DNA of 64,000 nucleotides from Escherichia coli (GTDB lineage Bacteria; Pseudomonadota; Gammaproteobacteria; Enterobacterales; Enterobacteriaceae): NCBI RefSeq assembly GCF_041886205.1, contig NZ_CP169029.1; one strand, 5' to 3'. Shown piece by piece: positions 57,753 to 64,000 of this stretch (position 1 is its first letter; each line of letters starts with the position of its first letter). The notes under the pieces were generated by a model. It saw only the letters and a program-made list of their open reading frames with translations, ran no database searches and was not told where the DNA came from. The position numbers and the translations under genes were made by a program.

Positions 57753-57842
57753 GCCGGATGCGGCGTGAACGCCTTATCCGGCCTACACCGATCCGGTACC
57801 CATTGTAGGCCTGATAAGACGCGTCAAGCGTCGCATCAGGCA
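57753..57842. repeat. REP/BIME element (two inverted REP units) downstream of purK
   Basis: gccggatgcggcgtgaacgccttatccggcctac and gtaggcctgataagacgcgtcaagcgtcgcatcaggca. Confidence 0.85.
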
Positions 57843-57872
57843 TGGTGCACCGATTGCTGGATGCTCTCATCA

Positions 57873-58766
57873 CTACAGCGAAATACAGGTCCCCGCTTCG
57901 CCCGCCAGCGTCTCTTCAATTCGCGATAACGCCCCAATCCACGCGGGTTTACCACGGCTTCTGACATAACCACTCACCGCCGTTACCTTCGGCCCCATCG
58001 AACCATCGGCTTTGGCAAATGGCGCTAACTCATCCGGTGTGGCATGGCGAATGGCGCGTTGCTGCGGCGTTCCCCAGTTTTCATATACCGCATCAGCATC
58101 AGTGAGGATCACCAGCCCATCGGCGTTAATCTGCTCAGCGAGCAACGCAGCAGCGAGATCTTTATCAATCACCGCTTCACTCCCTGCCCCATCTTCCGTC
58201 ACAGGCACACCGCCGCCGCCACTGCAAATCACCACATGCCCCTCTTTGAGCAACAACTCGATGGCTTCGCTGTCGAGAATTTTACGCGGTTGCGGAGACG
58301 CCACCACCCGGCGCAAATATTTACCATCACGTTTCATCTGCCAGCCGTAAGCTGCTTCCAGTGCCTCTTGTTCTTCTGGCTGATAGACCGGACCGATAAA
58401 CTTCTCTGGCTGCAAAAACGCCGGATCATCAGGCGAAACTTCAATGCGCGTCAGCACCGTCGTGACAGGCGGCATCTGCGGCTGTGCGCTCAAACTCTGC
58501 GCCAGCATATAGCCAATCATCCCCTGACTTTCTGCCACCAGCACATCCAGCGGATACGGTTCCACTTCTTTCCACGCCAGATTCTGTAACGCCAGCAGCC
58601 CCACCTGCGGCCCGTTGCCGTGAACAATCGCCAGCCGATAAGAACGGGCCAGGCGCGCCAGCGCAGGTACAGCACTGGCGATATTGCGATATTGATTTTC
58701 TGCCGTCAGCGCCTCACCGCGCTGAAGCAAGGCATTGCCCCCAAGAGCTACAACCAGTGTTTTCAT
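57873..58766 (-). CDS. ybcF: carbamate kinase-like protein YbcF (ArcC paralogue)
   Basis: 297 aa [18 protein letters not shown], amino-acid kinase fold. Confidence 0.88.
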   Translation of the reverse strand: MKTLVVALGGNALLQRGEALTAENQYRNIASAVPALARLARSYRLAIVHGNGPQVGLLALQNLAWKEVEPYPLDVLVAESQGMIGYMLAQSLSAQPQMPPVTTVLTRIEVSPDDPAFLQPEKFIGPVYQPEEQEALEAAYGWQMKRDGKYLRRVVASPQPRKILDSEAIELLLKEGHVVICSGGGGVPVTEDGAGSEAVIDKDLAAALLAEQINADGLVILTDADAVYENWGTPQQRAIRHATPDELAPFAKADGSMGPKVTAVSGYVRSRGKPAWIGALSRIEETLAGEAGTCISL

Positions 58767-59578
58767 GGTTTTCCTTGTAATAATTGTTGACCAAGCCAGA
58801 ACCCCAGCAGTGTATCTGCCCCTGACGTATGCCCCAGCGCCAGCAGCGAATCAATCGCAACAGCGGTACGTTTCGGGCAACTCAGAGCATGGACAAAGTG
58901 CAGGAGTGGCGAGGCGAAATATCCTTGCGCGGCATAACGTAAATAACTGACGCTCACCGCTGTGGTAACGAGTTGAAGATTGTCGGAACAGGCAAAAAAC
59001 TGGCGACCGGAGCGCGCATCTAAAGCACCATAATACCAGGCCGCCAGCAGCATTCCGCTCAGCGTGTCATCATGACTTGGCGTTAATCCGGGGCCTTTAC
59101 CCAGCCAGTGCCGCCAGTCGGTCTTAACGCCATTGAGCGCGGCCTGAAAACAGTGACGAAACTGGCGTAACTCAGCAGGCAGCGGATCGCCTGCCGCCAA
59201 CGCCAGTGGCCCGAAAAGCCCGGTTTCCTCCGCGCGTTGCATCCATGCAGCTGCAAGCGGTTGAGGATGCGCAGGCGGCGTAATACGCAGCAAACAATAA
59301 CGCTGTGGCTGTTTAACCGTGAAACGCCCGAGGCGAATCCCTTGAGCCACAACCTGTGGTCGTTCATTGCCGCATAATCCACCGCATAACGCATCGAATT
59401 GCGCGCGGCGAAGCACCCATCCTCCGGGGCCGAAACCACTACCCTGACGATGCAGCGTTAACAGTTCGCCGCTTTCCGTCATCAGGTTAATCGCCCGCCG
59501 CCACACTCCCGCTAACCGCCAGGACTGGCGATAATTCGGTGCGCTACTACTGGCAAGCAGAGGATGGATGATCGTCAT
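58763..59578 (-). CDS. ylbF: YlbF (DUF2877)
   Basis: [24 protein letters not shown]; 271 aa from the internal ATG at 59578, the track ORF extends upstream into ylbE. Confidence 0.8.
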   Translation of the reverse strand: MTIIHPLLASSSAPNYRQSWRLAGVWRRAINLMTESGELLTLHRQGSGFGPGGWVLRRAQFDALCGGLCGNERPQVVAQGIRLGRFTVKQPQRYCLLRITPPAHPQPLAAAWMQRAEETGLFGPLALAAGDPLPAELRQFRHCFQAALNGVKTDWRHWLGKGPGLTPSHDDTLSGMLLAAWYYGALDARSGRQFFACSDNLQLVTTAVSVSYLRYAAQGYFASPLLHFVHALSCPKRTAVAIDSLLALGHTSGADTLLGFWLGQQLLQGKP

Positions 59579-59588
59579 TGCGCGTTCC

Positions 59589-60848
59589 TCAACCAATCCC
59601 CATGCTTTCAGCCAGTGCTTCCAGCGCCTGTTCAAAACACGCCAGCGGTGCCCGCACAGTGCCTGCGCCAATCTGCCCGATCCCCGCCTCTTTATGGGCG
59701 ATACCGGTATTGATGAGTGGCGTAATGCCGGTTTCTACCACGCGACGAATGTCCAGTCCCAGGCACGCGCCCTGAAAATCCCAGCCTGGGATCTGCAACT
59801 GCATATTGCGCTCAAGGTAAATTTCCGCCATCTCTTCAGATACCGCTCTGGCCGCTTCCATGCCACCCGCACCGACAAAGCGCGTTACGCCAGGCGCTGC
59901 GATCATTGCCGCACCTCCGATACCAAAGGTTTCGGTAATCGCGCTATCGCCCATATCCGGGTTCGCCTGCTCCTGCGAGAAGCCGGTGAAAAACAGACCT
60001 TGCGGAGTGTTTACAGGCGCAGTAAACCAGCGTTCGCCCAGCCCGCTTACCCGAATCCCGAACATATTGCCGTTGCGGGTCATTGCCGTGACGATGCTGC
60101 CTGCGCGGATCATCGCGCCAGCATCCATCGCCGCCTTGCAGTAAGCCATCGCGAGGTTGAGGAAGAACTGATCGGTCACGCTGAGGAAATCCATCACTTC
60201 GGCGATGTGCTGTTTATCATGATCGAGGCGAGCAATTTGTGGGGCCAGCGCACGCATTAACAGTGCAGAGGAAGCAATATTGCGTTGATGGAACTCATCG
60301 CCCATCGTAATGCCCTGCGCCATCATCGCCGTGAGATCGATACCGCGCTCCATGCGCCCCAGCGCCGCGCTTAATACTGGCATTAACACATCGCGCATCC
60401 AGCGATGGCGAGTCAGGACATCTTCGCCGTAAGCGCCAAAACGCATCACTTTGCCGATACCTTCGTTGAGGTTGCAGTACGCCCGGTTGCCGTCGGTCAC
60501 GTTCTCGACCACCAGCATCGGCATACTGGCAGAAGTAATACCGCCCATTGGACCGACGGCATTCACATGGTGACAAGGAATGAAGTTCACTTCCCCCTGC
60601 TCCAGTATTGCCAGCGCCTGCGCTTCATCTTTCACCCAGCCTTCGAACAGACATGCGCCCACGCACGCCCCTTTCATGGGTCCGGTCATCTCCTGCCAGC
60701 GCATTGGCGGCCCGGCGTGAAGCAGTGTTTTGCCCTCGTTTAGTTCGCTGATAAGTGAAGAAGCCGGTTGCACATCCAGCCAGTGTGGACGAGCGCGACG
60801 AATTTGTTCGATAACCGCAGCATTGGCTTGCGCTACTGATGTAAACAT
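59589..60848 (-). CDS. ylbE: YlbE (DUF1116), uninterrupted 419 aa reading frame
   Basis: Single continuous [28 protein letters not shown]... Confidence 0.85.
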   Translation of the reverse strand: MFTSVAQANAAVIEQIRRARPHWLDVQPASSLISELNEGKTLLHAGPPMRWQEMTGPMKGACVGACLFEGWVKDEAQALAILEQGEVNFIPCHHVNAVGPMGGITSASMPMLVVENVTDGNRAYCNLNEGIGKVMRFGAYGEDVLTRHRWMRDVLMPVLSAALGRMERGIDLTAMMAQGITMGDEFHQRNIASSALLMRALAPQIARLDHDKQHIAEVMDFLSVTDQFFLNLAMAYCKAAMDAGAMIRAGSIVTAMTRNGNMFGIRVSGLGERWFTAPVNTPQGLFFTGFSQEQANPDMGDSAITETFGIGGAAMIAAPGVTRFVGAGGMEAARAVSEEMAEIYLERNMQLQIPGWDFQGACLGLDIRRVVETGITPLINTGIAHKEAGIGQIGAGTVRAPLACFEQALEALAESMGIG

Positions 60849-60857
60849 GGGAACCCC

Positions 60858-62525
60858 TTATTGCAAACGTTCTAATAAACGAGCCAGTTTTTTATTGCCG
60901 CCGGCGACTGGCGACCATTGGTAATGCACAACCGGTTTGCTGGCGCTTTGTAGCTCCAGCGCAAAGCTGCGTAATCCGATGTTAATCACGGCGACGTTTT
61001 CCAGTAATGACGGTGTGTGTTGCTGAGTGGCAGGCGAAAGCGGACGAATCAGTGCCGCCGCCAGCAAGGTGGCTTCCGGCAGCGAACTCACTACCGCGAT
61101 CCCTGCATCTTCCAGCGTGGCGATTTGCTGCGAGCGGCATTGCGGGTCACGTTCAGTGCCTGTCACCGTGGCAATGGCATACAGTGGTTGATTGTCTGAA
61201 CGCGCGGCACATGCTTTTTGCCAGGCGCTTACCAGCGAGGCGGCAGGATCGGCGGTCGCACCGAAGCCAATCACGACATCAAGCAGCAATACGCGCACTT
61301 GCGGTTTAGCGCCGAGATCGGCAATTAACTGGTTGCGTAAGGCTGGGTCGATCATCGGATGGGGACGCCCGACGGTGTAGAAATCATCGCCGAGGTCAAT
61401 AATCTGGTGACCATCGGCGTCGAGCATCATGCCGTGATGATGGGTATCGTCGGCTTCCACGCCAAGGTGTCCAGCAAGTAATCCCGCCGCTTCGGCAGCC
61501 AGCGTACCGCCGGTATACAAACCGCAAATAAATCCGCTGCTGACAGGCGCTATTGCGTTACGTCGCGCCGTGACACGTGAAAGCAGGCAAGCCAGGCGTG
61601 CGGCCTCATCCAGCGAGGAGGCAAACCAGACATTCTCGTCGCGGGCCACCGCCGGGGTATAACCTAAAAACAGCGCCACCGTCGGTTTGCCGGTTGCTTT
61701 CATGGCATTAACAATTTTCAGACGCACAGCTTCGGCAGGCGGTTTTGAAACAAATGCCAGCACTTCGCTTTTCTCGTCTGCACTGAGCATTTCCAGCGCC
61801 GTCAGCGCACTGATGCCGCCTACTTCACGGCTGAGGTCGCGCCCGCCAAGGCCAATCGCGTGAGTAATTCCCTCCCCTGCCAGCGCAATCTGCGAGCACA
61901 GCTCCTGAATCCCGGTACCGGAAGCGCCAATGACGCCAATGTTGCCTTCCGGCATCACGTTAGCAAAAGCCAGCGGCGTGCCGGCAATCATCGATGTACC
62001 GCAGTCCGGCCCCATCACCAGCAAGCCTTTTTCCCGCGCGCGGGTTTTAAGTTGGATTTCATCTTCCAGCGTGACGTTATCGGAGAACATCATCACGTTG
62101 AGGTTGCGATCCAGCGCCTGGTTCGCCAGCTCCGCCGCATACTCACCAGCCACTGAAATCAGCGCCAGACTGGCGTCGGGTAATTTCTGACAGGCACTGT
62201 CCCAGCGACGCACCTGCGTCAACGCCTGGCTGCTGCCTGCCCCCTGCGCCAGTTGTTTTAGCGCCTCTTCAAGCTGCTGCATAATCGCCTGCGCGATCCC
62301 CGCATCCGCCGCTTCGCTACGAATTGCCACGCAAATATCGTTCGGCGTGGCGTTATTAAAATCGTCATGCCAGAAACCTGTGGTATCTAATAACGCTTTA
62401 TTGGCGGGCGTACCCATCATTACGGAAACATCATCAACATTTTCTGATTCGCTGAGTTTTCGTGAAATAATCATTAAACTGACCGAATCCTGAAAACACC
62501 CTTTTTTAATAAAGGCGTGGATCAT
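60858..62525 (-). CDS. fdrA: FdrA (acyl-CoA synthetase/succinyl-CoA ligase-like, CoA-binding)
   Basis: 555 aa MIHAFIKKGCFQDSVSLMIISRKL. Confidence 0.9.
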   Translation of the reverse strand: MIHAFIKKGCFQDSVSLMIISRKLSESENVDDVSVMMGTPANKALLDTTGFWHDDFNNATPNDICVAIRSEAADAGIAQAIMQQLEEALKQLAQGAGSSQALTQVRRWDSACQKLPDASLALISVAGEYAAELANQALDRNLNVMMFSDNVTLEDEIQLKTRAREKGLLVMGPDCGTSMIAGTPLAFANVMPEGNIGVIGASGTGIQELCSQIALAGEGITHAIGLGGRDLSREVGGISALTALEMLSADEKSEVLAFVSKPPAEAVRLKIVNAMKATGKPTVALFLGYTPAVARDENVWFASSLDEAARLACLLSRVTARRNAIAPVSSGFICGLYTGGTLAAEAAGLLAGHLGVEADDTHHHGMMLDADGHQIIDLGDDFYTVGRPHPMIDPALRNQLIADLGAKPQVRVLLLDVVIGFGATADPAASLVSAWQKACAARSDNQPLYAIATVTGTERDPQCRSQQIATLEDAGIAVVSSLPEATLLAAALIRPLSPATQQHTPSLLENVAVINIGLRSFALELQSASKPVVHYQWSPVAGGNKKLARLLERLQ

Positions 62526-62841
62526 AACAACTCCTTAAAAATTGCACCCATGGCAATTGCACGAGCAGTGTTAATGTGGCGATTACGGTATCGATGACAA
62601 CGGGTAAATAAGGTGATGAATATCACACAGGGATTATTAACAAAAGAATTCAAATAACCGCCATGCTATTACGTGTTATTTTTTAATAAGCGTGGTTGTT
62701 TTAAAAACCAGGTTAAAAGCGAGCGGATTATCAAATAAATTCTAACTATATTTTTTTGCCTGTCTGGATCACATAATCCAGATATTTTCCCTGTATGTTA
62801 ATTGCAGTCATGCTTCACACCGTCGTTAAAAAGGAAGACAG

Positions 62842-63891
62842 ATGAAAATCAGTCGGGAAACACTCCACCAGCTAATTGAGAATAAACTCTGCCAGGCTGG
62901 GTTAAAACGTGAGCACGCTGCAACCGTGGCTGAAGTATTGGTTTACGCCGATGCCAGAGGGATCCACTCTCATGGCGCGGTGCGCGTGGAATACTACGCG
63001 GAACGCATTTCAAAAGGCGGCACCAACCGCGAACCGGAGTTTCGTCTTGAGGAAACCGGGCCGTGCTCGGCAATTTTACATGCCGACAATGCCGCCGGAC
63101 AGGTCGCGGCGAAAATGGGTATGGAACATGCCATCAAAACCGCCCAGCAAAATGGCGTTGCGGTGGTCGGTATCAGCCGGATGGGTCACAGCGGCGCAAT
63201 CTCTTATTTTGTGCAGCAGGCAGCCCGCGCCGGATTAATTGGCATTTCGATGTGCCAGTCCGATCCAATGGTGGTGCCGTTTGGCGGCGCGGAAATTTAC
63301 TACGGTACTAACCCACTGGCCTTTGCCGCGCCGGGAGAAGGCGACGAGATCCTTACCTTTGATATGGCGACTACCGTACAGGCATGGGGAAAAGTGCTCG
63401 ACGCCCGCTCGCGTAATATGTCTATCCCGGATACCTGGGCGGTCGATAAAAACGGTGCACCAACAACCGATCCGTTCGCGGTACATGCTCTGCTCCCCGC
63501 CGCCGGGCCGAAAGGGTATGGCCTGATGATGATGATTGACGTCCTCTCAGGCGTCTTACTCGGCTTACCGTTCGGGCGACAGGTTAGTTCGATGTATGAC
63601 GATTTACACGCCGGGCGTAATTTGGGGCAATTACATTTAGTTATTAACCCGAACTTTTTCTCCTCCAGCGAATTATTCCGTCAACATCTTAGCCAGACCA
63701 TGCGCGAATTAAATGCCATTACCCCCGCGCCCGGTTTTAACCAAGTTTATTATCCCGGACAGGATCAGGATATTAAACAACGCAAAGCCGCCGTCGAAGG
63801 CATCGAAATTGTTGATGATATTTACCAGTATTTAATTTCCGACGCGCTTTATAACACGTCATACGAAACGAAAAATCCCTTTGCGCAATAA
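62842..63891 (+). CDS. allD: ureidoglycolate dehydrogenase AllD
   Basis: 349 aa MKISRETLHQLIENKLCQAGLKREHAATVAEVLVYADARGIHSHG, Ldh_2 family. Confidence 0.93.
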   Translation: MKISRETLHQLIENKLCQAGLKREHAATVAEVLVYADARGIHSHGAVRVEYYAERISKGGTNREPEFRLEETGPCSAILHADNAAGQVAAKMGMEHAIKTAQQNGVAVVGISRMGHSGAISYFVQQAARAGLIGISMCQSDPMVVPFGGAEIYYGTNPLAFAAPGEGDEILTFDMATTVQAWGKVLDARSRNMSIPDTWAVDKNGAPTTDPFAVHALLPAAGPKGYGLMMMIDVLSGVLLGLPFGRQVSSMYDDLHAGRNLGQLHLVINPNFFSSSELFRQHLSQTMRELNAITPAPGFNQVYYPGQDQDIKQRKAAVEGIEIVDDIYQYLISDALYNTSYETKNPFAQ

Positions 63892-63912
63892 TTATTGAGA
63901 CAGGACTTTCTT

Positions 63913-64000
63913 ATGATTACACATTTTCGTCAAGCCATAGAAGAAGCGCTGCCCTGGCTTTCCTCTTTTGGCGCTGACCCAACGGGTGGGATGACCCGTT
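63913..64000 (+). CDS. allC: allantoate amidohydrolase AllC, 5' end only (window edge)
   Basis: ATG at 63913 gives MITHFRQAIEEALPWLSSFGADPTGG...; follows allD in the same orientation. Confidence 0.8.
   Translation, partial: MITHFRQAIEEALPWLSSFGADPTGGMTR

Noticed and set aside
59568-60260. 230 aa plus-strand ORF antisense to ylbE/ylbF
   Set aside because: Overlaps two same-operon genes on the opposite strand; arginine-rich, consistent with an antisense artefact.

Overview
This 64 kb window is a contiguous Escherichia coli chromosomal segment, read in the opposite orientation to the K-12 map. It runs from the enterobactin cluster (entE, entC, fepB, entS, fepDGC, fepE, entF, ybdZ, fes, fepA, entD) through ybdK-ybdJ-ybdF-nfsB-ybdG-pheP, the copper/silver efflux locus cusCFBA/cusRS, nfrB-nfrA-ybcH, envY, tRNA-Arg(UCU) argU, fimZ, the sfm fimbrial operon, folD, ybcJ, ybcI, cysS, ppiB, lpxH, purEK and ybcF-ylbF-ylbE-fdrA to allD/allC. 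Almost all of it is conserved core genome, with Fur boxes, a CusR box, a PurR box, REP/BIME elements and several intrinsic terminators identifiable by eye. The one clearly accessory region is 18.0-23.1 kb between entD and ybdK: two tandem, diverged copies of a hokE type I toxin module, each carrying an IS186 at the same position but in opposite orientation, and the second also split by an IS150. Other departures from what I recall of K-12 are an nfrB reading frame broken into two ORFs, argU lying directly next to envY with no DLP12 prophage, ompT or appY, and an uninterrupted ylbE. I found no CRISPR array and no gene family foreign to E. coli; the most interesting biology here is the IS-riddled duplicated hok locus, not a new multi-gene system. 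Gene names and K-12 comparisons are from memory, not from a database search.
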